A stretch of DNA of 64,000 bases, taken from Longimicrobiales bacterium (GTDB lineage: Bacteria; Gemmatimonadota; Gemmatimonadetes; Longimicrobiales; Gaopeijiaceae). Location: positions 2,339,869 to 2,403,868 of the forward strand of contig CBDCKR010000002.1 of NCBI GenBank assembly GCA_965218325.1, written 5' to 3'. The notes beneath the pieces were generated by a model. The model worked only from the letters and a program-made list of their open reading frames with translations. It had not been told where the DNA came from and did not search any database. The stretch's first letter is position 1. The number at the start of each line of letters is the position of its first letter. Shown piece after piece: positions 17,008-25,528 of the stretch. A program made the position numbers and the translations under genes.

Positions 17008-19205
17008 CATACCGCCCGCAATCTGCCGGGCCGGCATCAGGCTCCGCGGTGGTGACGGTGACGCAGTCGGTGGCCTCGGTGGAGGTGTCGCCGTCCGTGG
17101 ACGAGCTGACCGCGTTGGGTCAGACCGTTCAGCTGACGGCAGAGGCGTTCGACGAGAACGGCTATGCGGTGGCAGGCGCCGAATTCTCGTGGGAGTCCAG
17201 TGATGCTGCGGTGGCAACGGTTGACGCTGGGGGTCTGGTGACGGCGGTCGCCGAAGGGGTGGCAACGATTACGGCGTCCGCCGGGTCGGCATCAGGCTCC
17301 ACGGTAGTGACGGTGATGCAATCGGTGGCCTCGGTGGAGGTGTCGCCCTCTGCACAGACGATTGGGTTGGGCAGTACGCTGCAGCTGACGGCGGAGGTGT
17401 TCGACGAGAACGGGGATGCCGTGGCGGGAGCGGAGTTCTCGTGGGAGTCCAGTGACGCCGCAGTGGCAGCGGTGGACGCCGGGGGTCTGGTGACGGGGGT
17501 CGCCGAAGGAGTGGCCACGATTACGGCGAGCGCGGGCGAGGCGTCAGGCTCGGCGGTGGTGACGGTGATGCAGCCGGTGGCCTCGGTGGAGGTGTCGCCG
17601 TCCGCAGAGACGATTGGGTTGGGCAGTACGCTACAGCTGACGGCGGAGGCGTTCGACGAGAATGGGGAGGCGGTGGCAGGAGCGGAGTTCTCGTGGGAGT
17701 CCAGTGACGCCGCGGTGGCGACGGTGGACGGCTCGGGTCTCGTTACGGCGGTGGGCAACGGGGAAGTGACGATCACGGCTAGTGCGGGAGAGGGCGAAGG
17801 GTCCGCAGTGGTGACGGTGGTCGAGAATCCGGACCGTGCGGCGCTGGTCGCGCTCTACAACGCGACGAACGGGCCGAACTGGACCAACAATGACAACTGG
17901 CTGGCCGACGTGCCGCTGGAGGAGTGGTACGGGGTGGTGACGGGCAGTGACGGGCGTGTTACACGACTCTCTCTGTGGGAGAACAATCTCACCGGCCCGA
18001 TCCCGCCCGAACTCGGCAACCTGACCCTACTGACAGATTTGGAACTGGCGAGCAACGACCTCTCCGGTCCCATTCCGCCCGAACTCGGCAACCTGACGAG
18101 CCTGTGGTGGCTAAACCTCCGCAGTAACGACCTTTCCGGCCCAATCCCGCCGGAGTTGGCCAATCTGTCGAACCCGGGGATGGCGATTCTCTTGCCCGGT
18201 GGCGTTTGCGTTCCCGACGATCTCTTGGCATGGGCGGTTGAGCTACGTGTTTCCGTGTTCCGGTGCAGCTCCGGGGGGCGGCTGTTGCCCAGTGCGCTGA
18301 TACGCGAGGACGGGAACGGCCTGTCGCTCGCGTTGCCGGACGATCTCCGCGAACCGTCGGCGCTGACCGTCTCCGACCCCTCGGTTGTGGCCGCCTCCGT
18401 CTCCGGCGGCTGGCTTGAGCTTGTCCCCCTCGGCCGCGGGTCCGCGGAGGTGGAGGTGGTGCCGTCCGGCGGGGGAGCCCCCGCGAACGCCAGGGTTGTG
18501 GTGCGCGCGGCCGTCGGGACGTTCGGCATCGACATCGTCATGGAACGGCCCGCCCCGGTGACCTACGAAAAGGCCCTGACGGCGGCCGCGGACTGGTGGT
18601 CCTCCGTGCTCGACGGAACGGAGTGGCCCGACCGGCGGCCCACATGCCTCAATGATCGGGCAACGGCGCTGGCGGATGAATTGCTGATCCATGCCCGGAT
18701 CGACCCTGAATCGGCGGGTGGGTGGGCCGACACATGTTTCAGGAGCGACGGGAATCAAGCGGCCCTCGACCCTGGTGGTGGGGTCATTGCAGCGGCCCCG
18801 GGCAATGCCCAGTCACTACTGGCACGGCATGAGATCGGCCACCTTCTCGGACTGGTGTTTTGGGGGCCGGAATCGGGGCTGGCGACGAAGGGGGAAGAAT
18901 ACCTCTACTTCACGGGTCCACAGGCGGTGAAGGCGTTCCGCGAGCGCGGCGGAGATCCCGACCTGACCGGAGTGCCGTTCGATGGAAACGGTCATTGGGT
19001 TAGGGGCGTGGTGGAGGATTTTATGGGCGGAGGGGCGGACGACGGGACGATCTCGGCCGCTGCCCTGGCGGACGCGGGCTACACCGTGGACATGACGAAG
19101 GCAAAGGACCCGCCGTACTGGCCCGACAACGCGCAAGCGGTTGGCGGTCACGCGAACGACGTTGTGCGGGTGGGCAGGCCCGGAGGAGCTGGCCCGCCGC
19201 GATGA
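16980..19205 (+). CDS. Surface protein with Big_2 Ig-like repeats, leucine-rich repeats and a C-terminal HExxH zincin domain; 5'-truncated
   Basis: At least 3.5 Big_2 units (VVTVMQ.VASVEVSP..LQLTAEAFDENG..FSWESSDAAVA..GLVT..EGVATITAS). Plant-type LRRs (N.LSGPIPPELGNLT.L). HEIGHLLG. No signal peptide; the frame opens inside a repeat unit. Confidence 0.75.
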   Translation: MNLRDFCRDSYRPQSAGPASGSAVVTVTQSVASVEVSPSVDELTALGQTVQLTAEAFDENGYAVAGAEFSWESSDAAVATVDAGGLVTAVAEGVATITASAGSASGSTVVTVMQSVASVEVSPSAQTIGLGSTLQLTAEVFDENGDAVAGAEFSWESSDAAVAAVDAGGLVTGVAEGVATITASAGEASGSAVVTVMQPVASVEVSPSAETIGLGSTLQLTAEAFDENGEAVAGAEFSWESSDAAVATVDGSGLVTAVGNGEVTITASAGEGEGSAVVTVVENPDRAALVALYNATNGPNWTNNDNWLADVPLEEWYGVVTGSDGRVTRLSLWENNLTGPIPPELGNLTLLTDLELASNDLSGPIPPELGNLTSLWWLNLRSNDLSGPIPPELANLSNPGMAILLPGGVCVPDDLLAWAVELRVSVFRCSSGGRLLPSALIREDGNGLSLALPDDLREPSALTVSDPSVVAASVSGGWLELVPLGRGSAEVEVVPSGGGAPANARVVVRAAVGTFGIDIVMERPAPVTYEKALTAAADWWSSVLDGTEWPDRRPTCLNDRATALADELLIHARIDPESAGGWADTCFRSDGNQAALDPGGGVIAAAPGNAQSLLARHEIGHLLGLVFWGPESGLATKGEEYLYFTGPQAVKAFRERGGDPDLTGVPFDGNGHWVRGVVEDFMGGGADDGTISAAALADAGYTVDMTKAKDPPYWPDNAQAVGGHANDVVRVGRPGGAGPPR
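17049..17807 (+). repeat. Three tandem 252-255 bp DNA repeats encoding Big_2 domains
   Basis: Unit starts at GT(G/A)GTGACGGTG (17049, 17304, 17556, 17808). High nucleotide identity between units. Confidence 0.85.
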
Positions 19206-19490
19206 ACGTCCCGCTACGGGCCGGGGAGGAACTTGACGCAAGAGCCGAGCGTCCCTTCAAGTCATCGCCGCCGAAGCGACAGGAGATGGCCACACCTCGG
19301 GCAAGGAGCAGGAGATGACGAAAGCCGATCTCGTGAGCAGGTCGCCGGCCGGAAGCCGACAAGTCGTGGCCGACACTGCAACGAAGCGGCCAGCCGTTCC
19401 CCGCAAGGGAACACGGCCCGCGATCGTTCGTCGGGACGCCACCGATCCCTTGCCCGGCGCATCGGCGAACTCTCATCGACGCCTCCCAAA

Positions 19491-19796
19491 GGCGCTTGAC
19501 GGCCTTCCCGCCAGGGATTGCTGGAAGGGAGCGACCCGCGAGCGGAGGGTGGCATGGCCGTGCACATGCCAACCCTCCGCGGTGCCGATCGGGGCATGCC
19601 GATCGGGTGGGTCGCTCCCTCTTATCCCCGAGACCCTCGGGAACGAGCTGCCGCGCAAGCGGCCCGCCCGTAACCGCAATACGGCCAACGACATAAGAAG
19701 GAGCTCGTGCTTGCCGGGAAACGGCCTTCCGGCGCACATGCACCCATTTGTCAGATGTGCGCTCCCCGTACGGCGCGGATCCTCGCCGATCAGCGT
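19491..19796 (-). repeat. Structured repeat copy C (candidate ncRNA or recombination site)
   Basis: The reverse complement aligns along the whole of copy B. Hairpin GCGCACAT/ATGTGCGC (19742-19772). Outer stem at 19527-19539 / 19604-19619 encloses GGAGGGTTGGCATGTGCACGGCCATGCCACCCTCC. Confidence 0.55.
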
Positions 19797-20640
19797 TCAT
19801 GACCACCCTCCGGGGAGGCGGGTCGAGCGCCAGGTGGCGAAGCAATCGATCGTCGCTGGGGAGCGAAGCGTGCGCTGCATCTCCTTCAGCTCGACGATCC
19901 GCTCAAGCCCGGTCTGGAGATCCCCGTACTCGTCGAGCGTGCGGTCATCCCCCTCGAGGATGGCACGCCCGATCCGGGCGATCTCGCGCCTGGCCGCCTG
20001 AACCGAGTAGGACGAGCCGGAGGAGTCGGATGCGCGGGCACGCACCCAGTGCTCGAGGATCGTCCGGGCGCGCCGGAGCTCCCTCACCGTGCGGACGACG
20101 GCGACGCGACCCCGACGGCTCGGCACCGCTTCGTGAGCGCCTTCCAGAGGCTGCCGTGGGCTGCGCCCCAGGAGCGGAGCGGCTTGGCGGTCTCGTATCC
20201 CGGATCGACGAAGACGAAGAGGGCGTGCTCGGCCTCGAGCGCGACCGGCAGGATGCGGCGCTTGATGCGGAGCGCCTTGAGCGATTCAGCGGCTGAGACC
20301 GGGCTCGGGGCCGTCAGCGTGTCCATGCCGGCTACATCGAGGAGCCCGTTTCGTGCAGTGTCAAGCATGGGAAGAGAGGGGATATTCCAAGAGATACAAC
20401 CACGTCCCACAGCCGGACCGGGCTCCGCCAGCGCCCGCTCGAGCTGCTCCCAGAGGGGATGAGGAGAACCTCGATCCCGGCCGGTTGAATTGCGTTCGAT
20501 CCGCGACAGCTCGGTAACCGCGGCACGCCCCGGAGCCTGGCCGAGGATGAACGTGAAGCCACGGCCTGGCTCACGCCTGCCGCTGACTCGGACTCTCGTC
20601 CAACCTGATGCGGGTTAGACGATGCGCGGTGGTTCAAACA
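19797..20640 (-). pseudogene. Longest member of the fragment family: multi-frameshifted gene with a possible XRE-like HTH N-terminus and the conserved C-terminal domain
   Basis: Three overlapping frames: ..VTELSRIERN.. / ..AESLKALRIKRRILPVALEAEHALFVFVDPGYETAKPL.. / ..ARREIARIGRAILEGDDRTLDEYGDLQTGLERIVELKEMQ..FATWRSTRLPGGWS*. Lies directly downstream of int. Confidence 0.4.
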
Positions 20641-20672
20641 GACGCTTCGGCTGCATGGTCGGATCGGAACGA

Positions 20673-21920
20673 TCAGTGATCTGCCGTAGGCTCCTTACTC
20701 AGATACGCAGCCCAATTGTCCATCAGGACGCGCCTGCGCTCGAACAGGTCGGAACGCGCATAGGCAGCTTCCACCTTGTTACGAACCGCATGAGCCAACG
20801 CGGCCTCGGCGACTTCACGCGGTGCGTTGGAACACTCGCCGCACCAGTCCCTGAAGCTCGACCGGAAGCCGTGCGGCACGGCCGCGATACCCAGGTCTCG
20901 AAGCAGCGTGGAGAGTCTGCTGTGGGCAGATGCGCGGCCCTCCGGCGACGGGAAAACGAGACCGCTGCCGCCCCCGAGCGTCCGCGCCTCGCTCAGTATC
21001 TCCACAGCGCGCCCGGACAGCGGCACCCTGTGGGGGCGATGGGCCTTCGTGCGTTCGGCGGGAACCGTCCACTCTCGAGCCTCCAGGTCGATTTCATCCC
21101 AGTGCGCCAAGCGAACCTCTCCCGAGCGGGCCGCCGTCAACACCAGGAACTCGAAGGCGAGTTTCGTGGCCGGGTAAGCGTGCGACTTCCGTACCGTCTC
21201 CATCGCGCCCGTGACCTTCGAGTGATGCAACGCGCGCATGTGCCGGACTACGGCTCGTTGTCGGCCAAGCGCTTGACCGAGCACATCGCTGGCGGGGTTG
21301 TCCGGCCGAAGCCCCATCGCCACCGCCCACTTCATCACCGCCCCGATGCGCTGGCGCACCCGCCGGGCAGTCACCTGCTTGTCGTGCCAGATCGGTGTCA
21401 GCACTGCCAGGATGTCGGCTGTCGTTATCTCCCCAACCGGTCGATGGCCCAGCTGTGGGAACGCATAGACGCGCAGGCTGGAGACCCAGTCCTTTGCATG
21501 CCTGGCGCTGCGCCAGCCCGGCCGCAGCTGTTCCAGAACGCGGGCGGTCGCTTCGGCGAACGTGGGCATGTCCCGGACCTTGTGCCGCTCGGTACGCGGA
21601 TCGCCGCCCGAGCGCGCGATCTTGCGGTTCATGAATGCCTTCTCGCGGGCCTCGGCCAGCGATACCAGCTGGTAGCCCCCGAGCCCCAGCGTGCGGTTTC
21701 GACCCTGGATCCGCAGACGCTGCTCCCATCGGCGCGCGCCGGATCGGTCCACGCGCAGATAGAGGCCGTTCCCATCGCAGTAGTATCCGGGCTTGGCGCT
21801 GCGCACGAAGGCCGCGCTGAGTGCGTTATGCGGTCGCCTGCCTCGGTGTTTGGGCAAATCCAATTCGGGAGTCCCCGTACAAAGTATCGTATGTTGTATA
21901 CGGGAACATAGTGGACACAC
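20673..21920 (-). CDS. int: Tyrosine recombinase, P4-like integrase with N-terminal arm-binding domain
   Basis: ..SAKPGYYCDGNGLYLRVDRSGARRWEQRLRIQGRNRTLGLGGYQLVSLAEAREKA.. (DUF4102-type arm-binding domain). ..LTAARSGEVRLAHW..HGFRSSFRDW..VEAAYARSD. The exact start is uncertain. Confidence 0.9.
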   Translation of the reverse strand: MCPLCSRIQHTILCTGTPELDLPKHRGRRPHNALSAAFVRSAKPGYYCDGNGLYLRVDRSGARRWEQRLRIQGRNRTLGLGGYQLVSLAEAREKAFMNRKIARSGGDPRTERHKVRDMPTFAEATARVLEQLRPGWRSARHAKDWVSSLRVYAFPQLGHRPVGEITTADILAVLTPIWHDKQVTARRVRQRIGAVMKWAVAMGLRPDNPASDVLGQALGRQRAVVRHMRALHHSKVTGAMETVRKSHAYPATKLAFEFLVLTAARSGEVRLAHWDEIDLEAREWTVPAERTKAHRPHRVPLSGRAVEILSEARTLGGGSGLVFPSPEGRASAHSRLSTLLRDLGIAAVPHGFRSSFRDWCGECSNAPREVAEAALAHAVRNKVEAAYARSDLFERRRVLMDNWAAYLSKEPTADH

Positions 21921-22025
21921 AGCGACAGTGCAACCGGGAGTGTCTTACATAACTCACTGTAATAACTATAGTTAAAGAACCTTATCAGACACATATGGAT
22001 TGTATTGGAATCTATATGTAGCAGA

Positions 22026-22643
22026 CGGTTGATCAGCTCGGAGAGGAGCCGGGAAGCCTCGGCGGCCCCGAGCATCTCGATCGGCGTGTGCTCCCCTACG
22101 AGCGCCCGGCCCGCGTCCACCAGAGCCCGGAAGCGGGCAGCGGCCCCCTCGATCTCGGAACCGAGGTAGGTCGGCGCGCTCGCCCTCCTGCGCTTCCACC
22201 ACTGCGTGAGACGGGACGCTCGTCCCGACGCGGGCCCGTCCGCCACCGTCCGTAGCCTGGGATTGTGCGCCCAGACCAGGTAGGCCTCGAGCTGCTGCAC
22301 GCGGCCTGCCAGAAACGCGCGGCGCTTCCGCTGCGAGACCGCTACGATGCCGGAGCCGTCGGCGTCCCCGCCCTCGGGTGCCCTCGGCCGGCGGAGCATA
22401 TAGAAGTAGAGGCGTGTGTCGGCGTCGAGGCCCGAGAGGAGGCGCTGCCAGCGGCCGAGCACGCGGTCGATCTGCTCGGGCGAACGCCCGTCGACCACCG
22501 GCGGGCACGAGCCGGCCTGCGGCGATCAGCTCGCCGGAGCGGGTCAGGCACGTGCGGCCGTCCTCGAGCCAGCCCCAGTAGGGGAGCTCGTCGGCCAGCG
22601 AACCGGCCGCCTCGTGGTCCTGGAGCTCCGCGGAGATCCTCAC
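22026..22643 (-). pseudogene. trbE: trbE/virB4 5' fragment (frameshift near 22500, then interrupted by the 13 kb element)
   Basis: GTG at 22643 overlaps the trbD stop (GTGA). ..LADELPYWGWLEDGRTCLTRSGELIAAG.., then in another frame ..VDGRSPEQIDRVLGRWQRLLSGLDADTRLYFYMLRR..EASRLLSELINR. Confidence 0.65.
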
Positions 22644-22942
22644 TGCCCGCTCCGGATCACGAGATGCCAGGGCACCTCGGCCCACTTGCCCGGGTCGAAG
22701 CGCGCCGGGTAGCGCGTCCCGGCCCGGAGCACCGCGAGCATGTCAGGGTCCCTCCGGCCGGCCAGCCAACCGGCCGCGTAGCCCACAGCGAAGACCACGC
22801 CGCCCGTCACGAGCGAGTTCATCGCGTTCCACATCGCGAGCCCGAGCGTCGCGACGAGCAGGAACCCCCTACGCTCCACGCCCAGGATCGTGAGCGGTCG
22901 GTTGAGGGCCGGATAGCCGGCCCAGCGCCTCAGACCCCTCAT
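22640..22942 (-). CDS. trbD: Conjugal transfer protein TrbD (VirB3-like)
   Basis: MRGLRRWAGYPALNRPLTILGVERRGFLLVATLGLAMWN..DPDMLAVL. The start overlaps the trbC stop. Confidence 0.75.
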   Translation of the reverse strand: MRGLRRWAGYPALNRPLTILGVERRGFLLVATLGLAMWNAMNSLVTGGVVFAVGYAAGWLAGRRDPDMLAVLRAGTRYPARFDPGKWAEVPWHLVIRSGQ

Positions 22943-23235
22943 CAGAAGAGCCAGGCCAGGAAGTTCGCCGCGCCCATCGCCATCCCCAGCCCGAAGATGA
23001 TCCCGGCCAGCGTCCGCTTGCTCCCGCCCTCGCCGAACGCGAACATCAGCCCGCCTACCACGATCGCGATCAGAGACAGCCCCCGAGCGATCGGACCCGT
23101 GAACTGCACCTGCAGCTCGTTCACCGCCTCCACCCACGGGCTCGTCCCCTGCGCCCAGAACAGCCCGGGGGACAGCAACCACAGCGTTAGCGTGGTCCAG
23201 GCCGCCGCTCGTACCGTCCTTAACAAAGGTTGCAT
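22942..23235 (-). CDS. trbC: Conjugal transfer pilin TrbC (VirB2-like)
   Basis: Signal-like N-terminus. ..VNELQVQFTGPIARGLSLIAIVVGGLMFAFGEGGSKRTLAGIIFGLGMAMGAANFLAWLF. Confidence 0.75.
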   Translation of the reverse strand: MQPLLRTVRAAAWTTLTLWLLSPGLFWAQGTSPWVEAVNELQVQFTGPIARGLSLIAIVVGGLMFAFGEGGSKRTLAGIIFGLGMAMGAANFLAWLF

Positions 23236-23440
23236 CGTCTTCGAATCTTGGAGGTGACCGAGGTCCTGGGCTTACCGCAAACGGCTTGCCTTATTTCACG
23301 GCGGCGTGATACTAGGACCGAGACTTCGGAGGTCGGCCAGCTTTCCGGAGCGATAATCTGCCGCCGATTTGGCCGCTAAAGGGTTGAGCCTGCCGTGGAC
23401 AAGGAGATCCCGGCGGCCACCAGTGTGAGCATCATCGTAC

Positions 23441-23960
23441 GTGACACGGACATCGACAGGAGCTGCCAGAGTGGAGCGGACTGAGCCCCGGCTTGTTGTC
23501 ATTGACTGCGAGACGACCGGGTTCAGCCGGTACGATCGCATCGTCGAGCTCGCGGCGGTCACGCTGGACCCCCGGACGTTGGAACCGGTCGACGAGTACG
23601 ACACACTTGTCAACCCGGAGCGCGATCTCGGACCGGTCGGTGTACACGGCATTACGGCGTCGATGGTGGAGGCTGCGCCCGTGTTCGGCGAGATCGCATC
23701 TGCAGTTGCGCGCAGGATTGATGGTGCGACTCTCGTCGCGCACAACCTGCCATTCGATACACGGATGCTTGCGTGTGAATTCAAACGACTCGGAGCGGCT
23801 TTTGATGCCGGCACTGGTCTGTGCACACTCAGAGCCACGGGAGACAAGCTCAGTATCGCGTGCGCCCGATTCGGCATTGCATTGAACCTGCAACATCGGG
23901 CGCTCACCGACGCCCGGGCTACCGCCGAACTCGCGCACTGGTTTCGCCGCCGACATGCGG
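23441..23960 (+). CDS. DEDDh 3'-5' exonuclease (DnaQ/epsilon-like); probably the N-terminal part of a fusion with the next ORF
   Basis: Exo I VVIDCETTG, Exo II LVAHNLPFDTRML, Exo III HRALTDARATAEL. The annotated frame runs on as low-complexity sequence to 24142. Confidence 0.8.
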
Positions 23961-24662
23961 CAGGACACCAGAGCAGCGACGGTCGGCTACTTCGCAGACA
24001 CTCCGAGCCCACGAACGCTGCGACGAGAAGCAACAGGGGCCGCAGTCAGCGACCTGGCCCGCGTCGTCTCCGACGCATACTACCCGTATTCCGACGAAGT
24101 GCTGCTGCAGTACCTCGACGCACTCGACTGGGTGCTCGATGATCGCCACATCGACGAGCGGGAGCACGCCGAGCTCGTCGAGTTGGCCAATAGCCTTGAG
24201 ATCTCCCACCAGCAACGGGCTGAAGCGCACCGCTCGTACATGACGTCGATCATCGCTGCGGCGAAACGTGACAGCATCATCACCGAAGCGGAGCAGCGCC
24301 TCATCAAGCAGGTGGCCGATGCACTCGAGCTCTCGGATGTCGCCATGCCCGAGGTCACAAAGCTTCCGCCCGCCAGCAACCTTCGCCAGGGGATGCATGT
24401 CTGCTTCACTGGCGAGGCCATCGTAGGGGGACGGCCGATTGCCCGACAGGTGCTGGAACGACACGCCGCGTGCGCCGGCTTGCAACCCGTGCGATCGGTC
24501 ACCAAAAGGGGATGCGATTTTCTTGTTGCGGCCGACTCCTCGAGCCAGTCCGGCAAAGCGCGCACGGCGCGACGCTACGGCGTGCCAGTGATGGCCGTAG
24601 CCGATTTCCTCGAGCAGGTCGGGGCTGACACTACAGCCGCGCTGGAGGGTTGGCCGCAGTGA
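23955..24662 (+). CDS. TerB-like plus BRCT domain protein (or the C-terminal part of the exonuclease after a frameshift)
   Basis: ..DDRHIDEREHAELVELANSLEIS..SIITEAEQRLIKQVADALELS (TerB-like repeats). C-terminal BRCT GMHVCFTGEA..VTKRGCDFLVAADSSSQSGKARTARRYGVPVMAVADFL. This frame is open from 23886. Confidence 0.7.
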   Translation: MRQDTRAATVGYFADTPSPRTLRREATGAAVSDLARVVSDAYYPYSDEVLLQYLDALDWVLDDRHIDEREHAELVELANSLEISHQQRAEAHRSYMTSIIAAAKRDSIITEAEQRLIKQVADALELSDVAMPEVTKLPPASNLRQGMHVCFTGEAIVGGRPIARQVLERHAACAGLQPVRSVTKRGCDFLVAADSSSQSGKARTARRYGVPVMAVADFLEQVGADTTAALEGWPQ

Positions 24663-24959
24663 GGGCACGGCCTGACAATCTCACGGGCTCAGCAATCACG
24701 ACGTCCAAAGGTATGAGGACGCTCCGCGCGGCCTCCGGATTTGCGGTGGGTACCTACGCCCAGTTCTCCGCCAGCACGCTCAACGATCTTGAGCTCAGCG
24801 ACGATTTTCTGGTTCGGCTCCAGGAGATCATGAACAGCCTCGGCAAGCTCTGGGGTCGGGCGGCGCCGTTTGCCCCGGCCCTCGGGAACGCGATCCGTGT
24901 CGCCAAGGCTGTACAGAGATGGTAATGACCTGACACTCGGCCCTCGCCGGAGCTGCGTC

Positions 24960-25155
24960 TAAGGCTGCGTTCTTGTTGGCGTCCTCCTTCTTGGCCTTTG
25001 CGGCCTTCCTGGCGGCCGGGAGACCGGCCTTGAAGACCTGATAGGGCGTGCGGCCCTCCATGCCTCGGCCGCGGTGTGTCGCTTTCGGTTGTAGGTCTCG
25101 AGGTAGGCCTCCAGGTCGGTCTGCATCTCCTCGACGGTCTCGTACCAGGTGGTGC
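24960..25155 (-). pseudogene. rve-type (DDE) transposase C-terminal remnant, frameshifted
   Basis: ..TWYETVEEMQTDLEAYLETYNRKR / ..RGRGMEGRTPYQVFKAGL.., typical of the integrase-core C-terminus. Confidence 0.5.
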
Positions 25156-25299
25156 GGCACCTGAGGCGGTTCTATCTCTGACGCCGTACCCTCTGTAGCA
25201 CTGCTCGCACCATTGCGAGCCGTTCACTCGTGGTCGTTCACCGCACTCTTCGCACGGCTCCGTCCAGCCGCAGCGGCACTTGAGCGGGCCAGGGTTCAC

Positions 25300-25464
25300 G
25301 TGGCCCGCTACCAGACCAGCCTGGATCTCTTCTGGCTCCGGGACAAGAGCCTGACCGACCTCGAAACCTCCCTCGGCCGGACGAGCTCGCTGAGGAGATC
25401 ATCGAGAACCTAGCAGCCGGCCTCGACAAGCTTCCGGGAGGTTCTGCCGGGGCTCGGGAGCTGA
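25300..25464 (+). pseudogene. hsdM: Type I R-M methyltransferase (HsdM) extreme 3' remnant, two frameshifts
   Basis: ..ARYQTSLDLFWLRDKSLTDLE / NLPRPDELAEEIIENLAAGLD / FREVLPGLGS* matches the characteristic HsdM C-terminal tail (..LDIFWL.D.SL...NLP.P..LA.EI.E.L..AL..F..I). Confidence 0.55.
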
Positions 25465-25528
25465 GCAGTAGCCGTCCAGGTTGCAGCATACACGCGAGTC
25501 TCTCCGGATGCGACGCAACTCCGCCGCC

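Larger units (their letters stand above)
8947..22025 (-). mobile_element. ~13 kb integrative element (integrase at the right end, AlpA-type excisionase at the left end) inserted in trbE; cargo is rearranged and mosaic
   Basis: 9-bp direct repeats. AT-rich ends carrying inverted AGTGAGTTAT/ATAACTCACT motifs (8991-9000 / 21949-21958). int at 20673..21920 and alpA at 9223..9450 lie just inside the ends. Confidence 0.6.

Noticed and set aside
24650-24925. 91-aa plus-strand ORF (..FSASTLNDLELSDDFLVRLQEIMNSLGKLWG..) and the equally plausible minus-strand reading (..PELAEAVHDLLEPNQKIVAELKIVERAG..)
   Set aside because: Both strands look protein-like and neither matches a family I recognise. I could not decide the coding strand.
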